Shown here piece by piece: positions 8,219 through 18,813 of a stretch of 64,000 bases of DNA; the first letter of the stretch is position 1; the number at the start of each line of letters is the position of its first letter. The notes under the pieces are model-generated. The model did no database searches. It was not told the DNA's origin and saw only the letters and a list, made by a program, of their open reading frames with translations. Made by a program: the position numbers and the translations under genes. This DNA comes from an uncultured Bacteroidota bacterium (GTDB lineage: Bacteria; Bacteroidota; Bacteroidia; Bacteroidales; CG2-30-32-10). The DNA lies in NCBI GenBank assembly GCA_903889915.1, contig CAISZK010000072.1, positions 1,585-65,584 on the forward strand, in the 5' to 3' direction.

Positions 8219-10932
8219 TAGTAAAGATACGGATAGACGGAAAATATTATGAAACCAAATTAGGGAAGAATCTTCTTGAGGCTTGCCTTGAATTGGGATT
8301 GAACATACCCCATTTCTGTTATCATCCGGCTCTTGGCTCTGTGGGTGCCTGCAGACTCTGTGCTGTAAAGAGATTCAAAGACGCCGACGACAAAAAAGGC
8401 CATATCATTATGTCGTGCATGGAGCCTGTAACCGAAGGAATGATAATTTCCATTGAAGATGCCGATGCAAGTGCAATAAGAGCTGCCGTTATTGAAGGTG
8501 TGATGACCAATCACCCCCATGATTGTCCGGTTTGTGACGAAGGTGGTGAATGTCATTTGCAGGATATGACCGTGATGGCAGGGCATAACTACAGGCGATT
8601 TGATTTCAAAAAGAGAACTTATAAAGACCAGGATCTGGGATCCTTCATTAACCATGAAATGAACCGCTGTATTCAGTGTTATCGCTGCATGAGGTTCTAC
8701 AGGGATTATGTAGGTGGAAAAGATCTGAATGCTTTTGCAGCCCACAATTATGTTTATTTTGGAAGACATGAAAATGGCGCTCTTGAAAGTGAATTCAGCG
8801 GCAACCTTGTGGAAGTATGTCCTACCGGAGTGTTTACAGATAAGACCTTAAAAAAACATTTCACCCGCAAATGGGACCTTTCTAATGCACCTTCAGTTTG
8901 TGTTCATTGCAGTGTTGGTTGCAATACAATAGTTAGCGAAAGGTATGATTCTCTCAGGCGCATCATGAGCCGTTATAATGGCGCAGTGAATGGATATTTC
9001 ATCTGTGACCGTGGCAGGTTTGGTTATGAATTTGTCAATGATGAAAAACGGATAAGAAATCCTAAGATCCGGATAAATAAAAATGAAAAACAGGAAGAGG
9101 TTTCAGAAAATAATTTGATACTTACATCACTGACTGAGTCATTCTCGAAGGATAAAAAGATAATAGGAATAGGTTCACCCAGGGCATCACTAGAATCAAA
9201 TTATTCATTGTTAAGCCTTGTAGGACAAGAGAACTTTTATCATGGAATTTCAAAAAGAGAATATAATCTGACAAAAACTGCTTTGGATTTTCTAAGAAGC
9301 AGCAGTGTTAAGACTCCTTCTCTGAAACAAATTGAAAAAGCTGATGTCGTTTTTATTTTAGGTGAAGACATAACAAACACAGCGCCTATGACTGCACTGG
9401 CAGTGCGTCAGGCAGTGCGCAATAAACCAAAGGCCGCAGCTACTGAAAAAGGAATTCCATTATGGAACGAATATCCTATCAGAAACTATACTCAGGATTC
9501 CAAAAGCCCGGTTTTTATTGCAACAGCAATAAAAGATCGTCTTGATGATATTGCAGAAAAAACTTTCAGAGGCTCGAATGCAGATATTGCTGGTTTGGGA
9601 ATTGCTGTTGGATCATTATTAAATGACGAAGCTTCAACATTAAAATTATCTTCAAATGATCAGCAGGAACTTGCTGAAAAGATAGCTCTTTCATTAAAAA
9701 ATGCAAAACATCCTTTGATCATTACAGGAGTTAATTGTGGTGATGAAGAAATATTGCATGCTGCTTTAAACATTTCCATAGCACTTCGCAAGAATAATCC
9801 TGAGGCGATGCTGAGCATTGCATTACCTGAATGCAACAGTATGGGATTGGCAATGCTTCCCGGCAAACCACTTGATGAAGCAATTTCAATTGCCTCAAAT
9901 GAGATTATTGACACGCTGGTTATCTTGGAGAATGATCTTTACAGAAGAACCACTAAAGAATCTGTGGATGTTCTTTTCGAAAAGAGTAAGCAGGTAATAG
10001 TACTTGATCATTTAATAAATAAAACTTCACAAGATGTCGATATCGTGATCCCGGTTTCAACATTTGCTGAATCGGAAGGAACGCTGATAAATAATGAAGG
10101 CCGTGCTCAGCGCTATTATAAAGCGATCAATAATAAAGATGAAGTTAAAGAAAGCTGGAGATGGATAGGAGATTTAATAAAACTCAGGAATAATGATCAG
10201 TCAATCCCATGGAACAACTTTGATGAACTGGTTTCATCATTGGTGAACGAACTGCCTGCATTTTCAAAGTTAAAGGAATATATGCCCGATGCTGATTTCC
10301 GCATGTACAATGCAAAAATACCAAGGCAGAGTTTACGCTACAGTGGCAGAACTGCAATGAATGCAAATATTGCAGTGAGTGAACAAAAGGTCGCAGAAGA
10401 TAACGATTCTCCATTGGCTTTTAGTATGGAAGGGCAGGGAGAACAACCACCTTCTTCACTTGTTCCTTTCTATTGGACTCCGGGCTGGAACTCCGTTCAG
10501 GCTTCCAACAATTATCTCGATGAACTGAATGGTTCATTAAAGGGTGGTGATCCTGGGATCAGGCTGGTTGAATCAAATGGAGAAAATAAAAGCTCATATT
10601 TCAAAATAGATTCTCACACAGTTGACTTACAAAAGAACGAATTATTGATTGTCCCTGCCTACAGTATTTTCGGTAGTGAAGAATTAAGTTCGGCTGGTGA
10701 AGCTATCAAACAAAGGATACCTGAACCATTTGTTTACTTATGCGAAAAAGATGCAGATATTTTTGAGTTTAAGGATAATGATATGATCACAATTGAAATT
10801 GCAAAAAGTAAAATAGAACTGAAAGTAATAATTGAAAATAGTTTGAAACAGGGAGTAGCAGTAGTGTCAGTCAATCTGCCTGGCATGCCATTTATTGATC
10901 TGCCAGCTTCCGGAATATTCAGTAAAATGTAA
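8215..10932 (+). CDS. nuoG: NADH-quinone oxidoreductase subunit G (long form)
   Basis: N-terminal Fe-S cysteine clusters ([40 protein letters not shown]). The ATG at 8215 forms an ATGA overlap with the nuoF stop. An ATG at 8200 is an alternative start. Confidence 0.9.
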   Translation: MIVKIRIDGKYYETKLGKNLLEACLELGLNIPHFCYHPALGSVGACRLCAVKRFKDADDKKGHIIMSCMEPVTEGMIISIEDADASAIRAAVIEGVMTNHPHDCPVCDEGGECHLQDMTVMAGHNYRRFDFKKRTYKDQDLGSFINHEMNRCIQCYRCMRFYRDYVGGKDLNAFAAHNYVYFGRHENGALESEFSGNLVEVCPTGVFTDKTLKKHFTRKWDLSNAPSVCVHCSVGCNTIVSERYDSLRRIMSRYNGAVNGYFICDRGRFGYEFVNDEKRIRNPKIRINKNEKQEEVSENNLILTSLTESFSKDKKIIGIGSPRASLESNYSLLSLVGQENFYHGISKREYNLTKTALDFLRSSSVKTPSLKQIEKADVVFILGEDITNTAPMTALAVRQAVRNKPKAAATEKGIPLWNEYPIRNYTQDSKSPVFIATAIKDRLDDIAEKTFRGSNADIAGLGIAVGSLLNDEASTLKLSSNDQQELAEKIALSLKNAKHPLIITGVNCGDEEILHAALNISIALRKNNPEAMLSIALPECNSMGLAMLPGKPLDEAISIASNEIIDTLVILENDLYRRTTKESVDVLFEKSKQVIVLDHLINKTSQDVDIVIPVSTFAESEGTLINNEGRAQRYYKAINNKDEVKESWRWIGDLIKLRNNDQSIPWNNFDELVSSLVNELPAFSKLKEYMPDADFRMYNAKIPRQSLRYSGRTAMNANIAVSEQKVAEDNDSPLAFSMEGQGEQPPSSLVPFYWTPGWNSVQASNNYLDELNGSLKGGDPGIRLVESNGENKSSYFKIDSHTVDLQKNELLIVPAYSIFGSEELSSAGEAIKQRIPEPFVYLCEKDADIFEFKDNDMITIEIAKSKIELKVIIENSLKQGVAVVSVNLPGMPFIDLPASGIFSKM

Positions 10933-10939
10933 GCAGTAC

Positions 10940-11884
10940 ATGAATTATTTATTGATCATAGGAATTACACTTTTCGTTGTGCTGTCCATAGCAGCAGGAT
11001 TGATATGGATTGAGCGGAGGCTTCTTTCTGTGTGGCAGGACAGGCTTGGGCCAAATCGTGTCGGTCCGTTTGGGCTTTTTCAGGTGATCGCCGATACTAT
11101 CAAATTATTTTTTAAAGAAGACTGGGTTCCTCCTTTCTCTGATAAACCTGTGTTTATTCTGGCTCCGGGGATACTCATGGTTACCATCCTTCTGACATTT
11201 GCAGTTATTCCATTTGCTCCTGATTTCTATGTCTTCGATTCGAACATTGGAATACTTTTCTTCCTGGGAAATTCATCGTTGGGAGTCTATAGCATAGTAC
11301 TGGGTGGATGGGCATCCAATAATAAATACTCATTCATCGGCGCGATGAGAGCATCAGCACAGATGTTGACGTATGAGGTTTTCATGGGGCTTTCTCTTAT
11401 GGGCGTTGTTATGATGGCCGACAGTTTCAGCTTTCGTGCAATAGTGGAAGCACAAAAGGACTGCTGGTTCATCATTCCTCAATTCTTTGGATTTGTTGTG
11501 TTTTTTATTGCAGGCGTTGCCGAAACCCATCGTCTTCCGTTTGATATTCCTGAAGCTGAAGGTGAACTCATCGCAGGATATCATTCTGAATATTCAGGGA
11601 TGAAATTCGGGATGTTCTTTGTGGGTGAATACCTCGGCGTAACGCTGATATCGGCGATCATTGCTACTTTGTTTTTTGGCGGTTGGCTGGGGCCATCGTT
11701 TTTGCCCCCTGCCTTTTGGTTCTTTCTTAAGACATTCTTTTTCATTTTTGTGTTTATCCTACTTCGTGCCTCATTACCACGACCGAGATATGATCAATTG
11801 ATGTCGCTTGGATGGAAACTATTATTGCCACTTGCATTGCTTAATATACTTATTACCGGAGCCGTTCTATTATTCTTAAAATGA
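10940..11884 (+). CDS. nuoH: NADH-quinone oxidoreductase subunit H
   Basis: Polytopic protein with the conserved [16 protein letters not shown] loop. The ATG at 10940 lies just after the nuoG stop (10932). The track start at 10895 would overlap nuoG by 38 bp. Confidence 0.9.
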   Translation: MNYLLIIGITLFVVLSIAAGLIWIERRLLSVWQDRLGPNRVGPFGLFQVIADTIKLFFKEDWVPPFSDKPVFILAPGILMVTILLTFAVIPFAPDFYVFDSNIGILFFLGNSSLGVYSIVLGGWASNNKYSFIGAMRASAQMLTYEVFMGLSLMGVVMMADSFSFRAIVEAQKDCWFIIPQFFGFVVFFIAGVAETHRLPFDIPEAEGELIAGYHSEYSGMKFGMFFVGEYLGVTLISAIIATLFFGGWLGPSFLPPAFWFFLKTFFFIFVFILLRASLPRPRYDQLMSLGWKLLLPLALLNILITGAVLLFLK

Positions 11885-11910
11885 AAATAAATAATCAAAT
11901 ATAATCCCGA

Positions 11911-12426
11911 ATGTTCAGTATCCTTCGTACAATATGGTTGACTTTTCTTCACATTTTCCACAGATCGGAGACAGTAGAATATCCCGAAGTGAAGCCATAC
12001 CTAGCACCGCGCTACAGGGGAAGAATTGTTCTGACAAGGGATGATGAAAAAAAAGAACGTTGTGTGGCTTGTTATCTCTGTGCAGCCGCCTGTCCGGTTG
12101 ATTGCATTGCATTGCAGGCTGCAGAAGATGATAATGGCAGAAGATATCCCGAGTTTTTCAGGATAAACTTTTCAAGATGTATATTCTGCGGATTCTGTGA
12201 AGATGCCTGTCCAACATACGCAATCCAACTGATACCTGATTTTGAAATGGCGGAGTATGACAGGCAGAATCTGGTTTATGAAAAAGAAAACCTGCTGATA
12301 AGTGGAGAAGGAAAATACCCGGGATATAACTTCTATAAAAATGCAGGTGTTGATATGGGAGTAAAAAGAAAAGGGGATGGATTGACCGAAGAAAAGCCCG
12401 TGGATGTTAATGATCTGATGCCTTAA
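11911..12426 (+). CDS. nuoI: NADH-quinone oxidoreductase subunit I
   Basis: Two 4Fe-4S ferredoxin motifs, [12 protein letters not shown] and [12 protein letters not shown]. Confidence 0.95.
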   Translation: MFSILRTIWLTFLHIFHRSETVEYPEVKPYLAPRYRGRIVLTRDDEKKERCVACYLCAAACPVDCIALQAAEDDNGRRYPEFFRINFSRCIFCGFCEDACPTYAIQLIPDFEMAEYDRQNLVYEKENLLISGEGKYPGYNFYKNAGVDMGVKRKGDGLTEEKPVDVNDLMP

Positions 12427-12440
12427 AATTATTTAGAAAA

Positions 12441-12959
12441 ATGGATGTATTCTTTTATATAGCGGTTGCAATTGCCATCTTTTCAACAATAATGGCCATT
12501 TCGAGGAGAAATGCCATACATGCTTTGCTATATCTCATTCTTTCTCTTCTGGCAGTTTCGGTTGTTTTCTATTTGCTTTCCGCTCCTTTCATCGCAGCTC
12601 TCGAAGTGATCATTTATGCAGGCGCTATCATGGTGTTGTTCATTTTTGTTGTCATGATGCTGAACATCGGGCTTGAAAAAAGTATGGAAAAGAAATGGCT
12701 TAACCCGCGGATGTGGATAATTCCATCACTATTAGCCGGTATTCTTCTCGTGGTTTTGTTTCTAGCCTTGAGCAATGTTGGGAGTTTGACAGAGAATAAA
12801 GGAGATATATTACCCAAACAGGTTGGTATTTCATTATTCTCAACATATCTGCTAGGAGTTGAAATCGCCGGTATCCTATTGATGGCAGGTGTTATCGGAG
12901 CATATCATTTAAGCAGTCAAAATAAGAAAGTTACTCATCGTTTTCTTGAAAAGAAATAA
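12441..12959 (+). CDS. nuoJ: NADH-quinone oxidoreductase subunit J
   Basis: 172-aa polytopic membrane protein in the expected operon position. Confidence 0.85.
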   Translation: MDVFFYIAVAIAIFSTIMAISRRNAIHALLYLILSLLAVSVVFYLLSAPFIAALEVIIYAGAIMVLFIFVVMMLNIGLEKSMEKKWLNPRMWIIPSLLAGILLVVLFLALSNVGSLTENKGDILPKQVGISLFSTYLLGVEIAGILLMAGVIGAYHLSSQNKKVTHRFLEKK

Positions 12960-12962
12960 ATT

Positions 12963-13283
12963 ATGCTGACCATTCCAATAGAAACTCAAATATTGTTTGC
13001 CGGAATTCTCTTTTTTCTGGGGCTTATCGGCTTGCTGGTTCGCCGGAATATGATCTTTATGCTCATGTCCATTGAGATCATGCTGAACAGCGCAGGACTG
13101 GTTTTCATCATTGCAGGAAATCACTGGAAACAACCCGACGGACAGGTGATGTTTATTTTTATTCTGACAGTGGCTGCCGTCGAGGTGGCAATAGGTCTGG
13201 CATTGATACTTCAGGTTTATCATCATTATAAAACCCTTGATGCTGATGCAGTGAATAAATTAAGGGATCAAAATTCAAAGTGA
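12963..13283 (+). CDS. nuoK: NADH-quinone oxidoreductase subunit K
   Basis: 106-aa protein with three transmembrane segments in the expected operon position. Confidence 0.85.
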   Translation: MLTIPIETQILFAGILFFLGLIGLLVRRNMIFMLMSIEIMLNSAGLVFIIAGNHWKQPDGQVMFIFILTVAAVEVAIGLALILQVYHHYKTLDADAVNKLRDQNSK

Positions 13284-13284
13284 G

Positions 13285-15168
13285 ATGGAGAAATCAACAT
13301 TCATAGCTCTTTTACCTGCCATACCGCTCTTCAGCTTTTTGGTTCTTGCTCTTTTCGGGAATAAACTTTCGCGCAAAGCTACAGGATTCATAGGAGCCGG
13401 TTCAATAGGTATCGTGGCTCTTTTGACTTTAATTATTGCAACAGAGTTTTTTCATTCACTGCCTCAGATCAAAACATATACGGTTGTCGTTTGGGAATGG
13501 ATCAATGCGGGGAACTTGAAAGTAAATATATCCTTCAGCCTTGATTCTCTTTCATTGGTTTTTTGCTTTGTCATTACATTCGTTGGGTTTCTCATACATC
13601 TCTACTCCATCGCATTCATGGCAAAAGATGAGGGTATTAAAAGATTCTTTGCATACATGAATCTCTTTGTCGCCTCCATGCTCATTCTTGTTCTGGCAGA
13701 TAATATTCTTCTTCTATATCTTGGTTGGGAAGGTGTGGGTCTGTGCAGTTATCTGCTGATAGGTTTCTGGTACAAAGAACCTGCAAACGGCTATGCAGCG
13801 AGAAAAGCATTTATCATAACACGTATTGGCGACACAGCCATGATCATTGGAATTTTCATACTATTCATAACTTTTGGCACAGTCAACATTCATGAATTGA
13901 TGCAGCTTGCTTCTGCAAAATGGGCATCAGGTTCATCAATAGCAGTTATAACCGCGGCATTGTTACTTTGTGGCGCTTTGGGGAAGTCGGCACAATTGCC
14001 ATTGCAGACATGGCTGCCCGATGCTATGGCCGGTCCTTCGCCTGTGAGCGCCCTGATACATGCAGCGACCATGGTCACAGCAGGCGTTTATCTTATTGCA
14101 CGTACAAATATGTTGTTCAGTCTTGCTCCTGTTGTACAATTTGCAATAGCAATTATCGGTGCGTTGACATTGCTGATAGCCGGATTCAGTGCGCTGGCGC
14201 AACATGATCTGAAGAGGATACTTGCTTACTCCACCATTAGCCAGATAGGTTATATGTTCCTTGCCCTTGGCGTGGGAGCATGGTCGGCAGCTATATTTCA
14301 TTTTATGATACATGCCTTTTTCAAAGCGTTGCTTTTCCTCGGTGCCGGTGTGGTTATCCTGGTGCTGGACGAAGAGCATGATATTTTCAAGATGGGCGGA
14401 CTAAGAAAAAAGATGCCTGTGGTGTTTTGGACTTTCCTCATCGGCTCTGCTTCACTCTCTGCATTGCCTCTGATAACAGCAGGTTTTTACAGCAAGGACC
14501 AGATACTTTGGTTTGCCTATTCTTCCGAAAGCGGAAGCCTGTGGCTATGGATAGCAGGCATAGTGGGCGCATTCCTCACAGCATTGTATTCTTTCAGAAT
14601 GATATTTATTGTCTTTTTCGGTGAGAGCAAAACGCTTCCATCTTTTAATGCAGGTAAGCTTATGACCGTTCCACTCGTTATTCTTGCTGTTCTTTCACTT
14701 ATAGGAGGCTTTGTAGAACTTCCTGAATCCTTCGGGAACTTTCATCCTTTCTCTAAACTCATTGAAAATGTTTTGCCGGTTGTTCTCATAAAAGATATAG
14801 GTAATCTTGAAATTCTGTTCCAGTTGCTTTCGGCTGTCATCGCGCTGACGGGGGTTTATCTTGCATACATCATTTACTTTAAGAAACCGTCATTGTCAGC
14901 ATCTTTTAACCACAGCCATCTCAACAGGTTTTTTGAAAAAGGCTGGGGCTTTGATAAGTTATACGATACTTTGATAGTGGTGCCTGTTGTCTGGCTTTCT
15001 GAAATTGACAAGAATGATTTCTTTGACTGGATGAACATCGGCTTATCAAAGCTGGCGCTGCTTTTGAACAGTCTATTCAGTATTACTCAAAACGGAAAAT
15101 TAAGATGGTATCTGATGTCGTTTGTCATTGGCATCGCCTTCATTTTAACTTTTATGCTTTATAAATGA
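13285..15168 (+). CDS. nuoL: NADH-quinone oxidoreductase subunit L
   Basis: 627-aa antiporter-like subunit (WEGVGLCSYLLIGFW motif) with a long C-terminal extension. Confidence 0.9.
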   Translation: MEKSTFIALLPAIPLFSFLVLALFGNKLSRKATGFIGAGSIGIVALLTLIIATEFFHSLPQIKTYTVVVWEWINAGNLKVNISFSLDSLSLVFCFVITFVGFLIHLYSIAFMAKDEGIKRFFAYMNLFVASMLILVLADNILLLYLGWEGVGLCSYLLIGFWYKEPANGYAARKAFIITRIGDTAMIIGIFILFITFGTVNIHELMQLASAKWASGSSIAVITAALLLCGALGKSAQLPLQTWLPDAMAGPSPVSALIHAATMVTAGVYLIARTNMLFSLAPVVQFAIAIIGALTLLIAGFSALAQHDLKRILAYSTISQIGYMFLALGVGAWSAAIFHFMIHAFFKALLFLGAGVVILVLDEEHDIFKMGGLRKKMPVVFWTFLIGSASLSALPLITAGFYSKDQILWFAYSSESGSLWLWIAGIVGAFLTALYSFRMIFIVFFGESKTLPSFNAGKLMTVPLVILAVLSLIGGFVELPESFGNFHPFSKLIENVLPVVLIKDIGNLEILFQLLSAVIALTGVYLAYIIYFKKPSLSASFNHSHLNRFFEKGWGFDKLYDTLIVVPVVWLSEIDKNDFFDWMNIGLSKLALLLNSLFSITQNGKLRWYLMSFVIGIAFILTFMLYK

Positions 15169-16685
15169 TACTCTTTTATCTCATAGCTATATTATTGGGT
15201 GGCGCTTTTCTTTCATGGATGGCAGGCCGCCTGAGCGCTGCATTGCCGCGCATCATTTCGCTGGTTGCACTGACTGCCGATCTTATACTGATCGTAGCGT
15301 TCGTTTTGCAATTGGATACTCTCAACAACAAATGGCTGGTGGATCTCAACGCGGATTGGATACCTAAATTCGGCATCAGCTTTCATCTGGCGCTCGACGG
15401 GCTTAGTCTGCTGATGTTGATACTTACTTTTTTCCTTGGCATCATATCAATCATCATTTCGTGGAAAGAGATAAAAGTGCGGGTTGGTTTCTTTCATTTC
15501 AACCTGCTGCTAATCCTTGCCGGCATCATTGGTGTGTTTCTATCGCTCGATCTTTTTCTTTTCTATTTCTTCTGGGAACTGATGCTTGTTCCGATGTATT
15601 TCCTTATCGGGATATGGGGTCATGAAAAGAGGATAGCCGCTTCGTTCAAATTCTTCCTCTACACGCAGGCAAGCGGACTGCTTATGTTCATCGCCATACT
15701 TGCATTGTATTTTGTTCACGGAAGATCCACGGGAGTCTATACTTTTGATTACATGCAGTTGCTGGGAACGCAAATGGGATATACAACCGAACTATTGATC
15801 ATGCTGGGTTTTCTTGCTGCCTTTCTTGTCAAGCTGCCTGTTGTGCCTTTGCATAACTGGCTTCCCGATGCTCATTCCGAAGCGCCAACGGCAGGAAGTT
15901 TAATACTTGCAGCATTGCTATTGAAAACAGGCGCTTATGGCTTGCTCAGGTTTGTTGTTCCTTTGTTTCCCTCGGCATCCGTGTCTTTTGCACCTATCGG
16001 AATGTTGCTTGGAGTGGTTGGAATATTATACGGGGCCAAGCTTGCATTTGCGCAAACCGATCTTAAACGGCTGGTTGCCTACACCAGTGTGAGCCACATG
16101 GGATTTGTGATACTCGGAGTATTTTCTTTCAACGAAATTGCATACCAGGGCGTGGTCATGCAGATGATAGCCCATGCCATCAGCACAGGCGCCTTGTTTA
16201 TTTTAGCCGGGCAACTTTACGAACGCACGCACACAAGAGACCTCAACAAAATGGGTGGACTGTGGGAAACCGCTCCCGTGATGGGCGCCGTAGGGCTTAT
16301 CTTCGCCATGGCTTCTCTGGGCTTGCCGGGATTGGGAAATTTCATTGCCGAACTTTTGATTCTTCTTGGCGCTTTTAAAGCCAATGTTTTCATGTCGTGC
16401 CTGGCGAGTGTCGGGCTGATCGCAGCAACAATATATTCCCTGCGCATTGTTCAGAAGATCTTCCTTGGAAAGAAAATAACGGATTGGAAATTCAATGACC
16501 TTACGATACGCGAAAAAATTGTTTCCGCATCCCTGGTAATAATAATTGTATGGCTCGGGATATTCCCGCGCACTGTTTTGAACACAGCCAAACCAGCATT
16601 GCAAAAGACTTTAGAAGTGCAGAAAGAAAATAATAATGACAATAATAAAACGGAAAGTATTTTGGATTTAAGGTTTAAGAATTAA
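15165..16685 (+). CDS. nuoM: NADH-quinone oxidoreductase subunit M
   Basis: 506-aa antiporter-like subunit. ATGA overlap with the nuoL stop. Confidence 0.9.
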   Translation: MILFYLIAILLGGAFLSWMAGRLSAALPRIISLVALTADLILIVAFVLQLDTLNNKWLVDLNADWIPKFGISFHLALDGLSLLMLILTFFLGIISIIISWKEIKVRVGFFHFNLLLILAGIIGVFLSLDLFLFYFFWELMLVPMYFLIGIWGHEKRIAASFKFFLYTQASGLLMFIAILALYFVHGRSTGVYTFDYMQLLGTQMGYTTELLIMLGFLAAFLVKLPVVPLHNWLPDAHSEAPTAGSLILAALLLKTGAYGLLRFVVPLFPSASVSFAPIGMLLGVVGILYGAKLAFAQTDLKRLVAYTSVSHMGFVILGVFSFNEIAYQGVVMQMIAHAISTGALFILAGQLYERTHTRDLNKMGGLWETAPVMGAVGLIFAMASLGLPGLGNFIAELLILLGAFKANVFMSCLASVGLIAATIYSLRIVQKIFLGKKITDWKFNDLTIREKIVSASLVIIIVWLGIFPRTVLNTAKPALQKTLEVQKENNNDNNKTESILDLRFKN

Positions 16686-16754
16686 GATTTAAAATAACCT
16701 GAAAATAGAACACTGATCTCACTTATAAAACTGATAATTGATGTTAAACATTAA

Positions 16755-16913
16755 GATAAAATCCCGAAGGGATGATATTATTATAATGAGTATAGAGCCA
16801 CCGATTCTAAAACTCCGAAGGAGTGAAATTATAATGTCACCCCTTCAGGGTTTTGGAACTCTCATGATTTTATTTTCTATAATAATTTCAGTCCTTCGGA
16901 CTTTTTCCTAAAA
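16755..16913. repeat. hairpin-module repeat (copy 2, four modules) in the nuoM-nuoN spacer
   Basis: Modules at 16761-16773 (ATCCCGAAGGGAT) and 16812-16824 (ACTCCGAAGGAGT). Inverted modules at 16839-16851 and 16890-16902. The last is followed by TTTTT. Confidence 0.7.
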
Positions 16914-16948
16914 TCAACGATTGATACAGATAATAATTTGATATTATT

Positions 16949-17101
16949 GACTATTGACTAATGACTAATGACCAATGACAATTAATGACAATTAATGACC
17001 ATCAATGACCATTAATGACCATCAATGACCATTAATGACCATCAATGACCAATGACAATTAATGACCATCAATGACCATCAATGACAACTGACCAATGAC
17101 C
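16949..17101 (+). repeat. 7/10-bp tandem repeat (GACYAAT / GACMATYAAT) running into the nuoN start codon
   Basis: About 18 contiguous units. The last unit, caATGACC, supplies the nuoN ATG at 17096. Confidence 0.85.
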
Positions 17102-18517
17102 GAAACCGACTTTCTCTGCCTAACCCCCTTCCTCATCCTCGCTTTGGCTCCCATCGTGATCATGCTGGTGATCTCTATTTTCAGGAACTACGAGATCGTG
17201 TTCGGCTTTTCACTATTGTCACTGATACTTGCTTTCGCCGCACTATTTTTCATCGCACCAGCAATTCCGCACAGCATACAGCCTTTGTTCATCATCGACA
17301 TGTACAGCCTTTTCTTCCTCGGCATCATTTTTATCTCCGCGTTTATCGTGGCTTTGCTTTCTTACAATTACATAAAACGACTTGAAGGCGTGAGGGAGGA
17401 ATATTATATCATCCTTTTCACATCCACACTGGGCGCGGCTTTGCTGGCTGTGGCCAACCATTTTGTTCTCTTTTTCCTCGGCATCGAAACGCTGAGTATT
17501 TCATTGTACATCCTCATCGCTTTTCAGCGAACCAAAGACAATTCAATTGAAGCGGGCATAAAATATCTGATCCTCGCTTCGGTGTCCACCGCCTTTTTAT
17601 TGTTCGGCATGGGGCTTATCTACACGGCTTTCGGAAGCATGATGTTCAGTGAGATCGCGACAGCCATCAGTCTTCAGGGACCACTGACTTCCCTTGCCAT
17701 CACCGGTTTCGGGATGATGCTCGTGGGCATTGGCTTTAAACTTGCCCTCGTGCCTTTCCACGCGTGGACGCCCGACGTTTACCAGGGAGCGCCCGCACCC
17801 GTCAGCGCTTACATTGCCACAGTTTCAAAAGGCGCGGTGATGGCCGTGCTCATTAGGTTTTTCTTCAACATCAAAGGCTTCGACGATCACTATCTCTTCA
17901 TCATCATTTCAGCCATTGCCATCCTCTCCATGTTCATCGGCAACATTCTTGCCATCAGGCAGCAAAACATCAAGCGGCTGCTGGCTTATTCGTCTATTGC
18001 AAACATGGGATACCTCATCATCATTCTGCTCACGGGCACCAACAAAGGCATACAGGCATCGCTGTTTTACCTCATCTCCTATTTTATCACCACCATCAGC
18101 GCCTTTGGAGTGATCACGCTGCTTTCCAATGCGAAAAATGAAGCCGAAATGATCAGCGACTACAAAGGTCTTTTCTGGAAACGACCTTTTGTTGCCATTG
18201 TTTTCACACTTGCGCTGCTGTCGCTGGCCGGAATTCCCATCACCGCGGGTTTCATCGGAAAATTCTATGTCATCTTCGAAGGCATGAAAGCCGGGCTGAT
18301 GCTGCTTGTGTTTGCGATGATCATCAGCAGCGTTATCGGTTTATACTATTACCTGCGCGTCATCACCACCATGTTTTCGCCCGCTGGTGAAACAACATTG
18401 CCACAAATAACTTTCATGGGAAAATTCACCCTTGCCGCAATTACAATAAGCATTCTCATTCTGGGAATTTACCCGGGATGGTTGATTGATATCATCACAA
18501 GATTTGTGGGATTGTAG
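17096..18517 (+). CDS. nuoN: NADH-quinone oxidoreductase subunit N
   Basis: 473-aa antiporter-like polytopic protein, last gene of the cluster. Confidence 0.9.
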   Translation: MTETDFLCLTPFLILALAPIVIMLVISIFRNYEIVFGFSLLSLILAFAALFFIAPAIPHSIQPLFIIDMYSLFFLGIIFISAFIVALLSYNYIKRLEGVREEYYIILFTSTLGAALLAVANHFVLFFLGIETLSISLYILIAFQRTKDNSIEAGIKYLILASVSTAFLLFGMGLIYTAFGSMMFSEIATAISLQGPLTSLAITGFGMMLVGIGFKLALVPFHAWTPDVYQGAPAPVSAYIATVSKGAVMAVLIRFFFNIKGFDDHYLFIIISAIAILSMFIGNILAIRQQNIKRLLAYSSIANMGYLIIILLTGTNKGIQASLFYLISYFITTISAFGVITLLSNAKNEAEMISDYKGLFWKRPFVAIVFTLALLSLAGIPITAGFIGKFYVIFEGMKAGLMLLVFAMIISSVIGLYYYLRVITTMFSPAGETTLPQITFMGKFTLAAITISILILGIYPGWLIDIITRFVGL

Positions 18518-18813
18518 GGTTGTGTGATATGTTTATTGTTTCGGTGATTAAAGACTTATAACGATTCTGAACTTTTGAAGTGCCGATTTTTGAAAAAAAA
18601 ATCTATGCTGCCATTGCGAACTTAGATAGCGCGTGCTTCAAACGCGTGCTCCAAAAAATTCCAGACCATACCTGGGTCATGATAAAGCTTCTTTATTTAA
18701 TTTTACAACTATATCATTATACACCTGCAGAAAAATTAAAATAACTTTGCACAATAAAAAAAACGAAATGATTTTAGTATCAAAAAAATATTGAAGAAAA
18801 AAATCACCTGAAA

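Noticed and set aside
8260-8769. Long antisense or alternative-frame ORFs inside conserved genes (for example 8260..8769, 13963..14379, 16203..16604, 38218..38745, 56407..56754)
   Set aside because: They lie entirely within strongly supported CDSs on the other strand or frame and have no motifs. They are typical shadow ORFs.
10895-10939. Upstream track starts for nuoH (10895), tkt (26384), glyQS (37907), the ATPase gene (39604), the LytTR gene (53904), the OmpA gene (61799), recO (31295) and nuoG (8200)
   Set aside because: Most are TTG or GTG codons, overlap the preceding gene, or add non-conserved residues. A downstream ATG gives the canonical N-terminus or signal peptide in each case.
16890-16906. 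Hairpin plus TTTTT in the nuoM-nuoN spacer as a genuine terminator splitting the nuo operon
   Set aside because: The stem is only 5 bp with a 3-nt loop and belongs to the repeat module family. It is likely at most a weak attenuator, so it is noted under the repeat finding instead.
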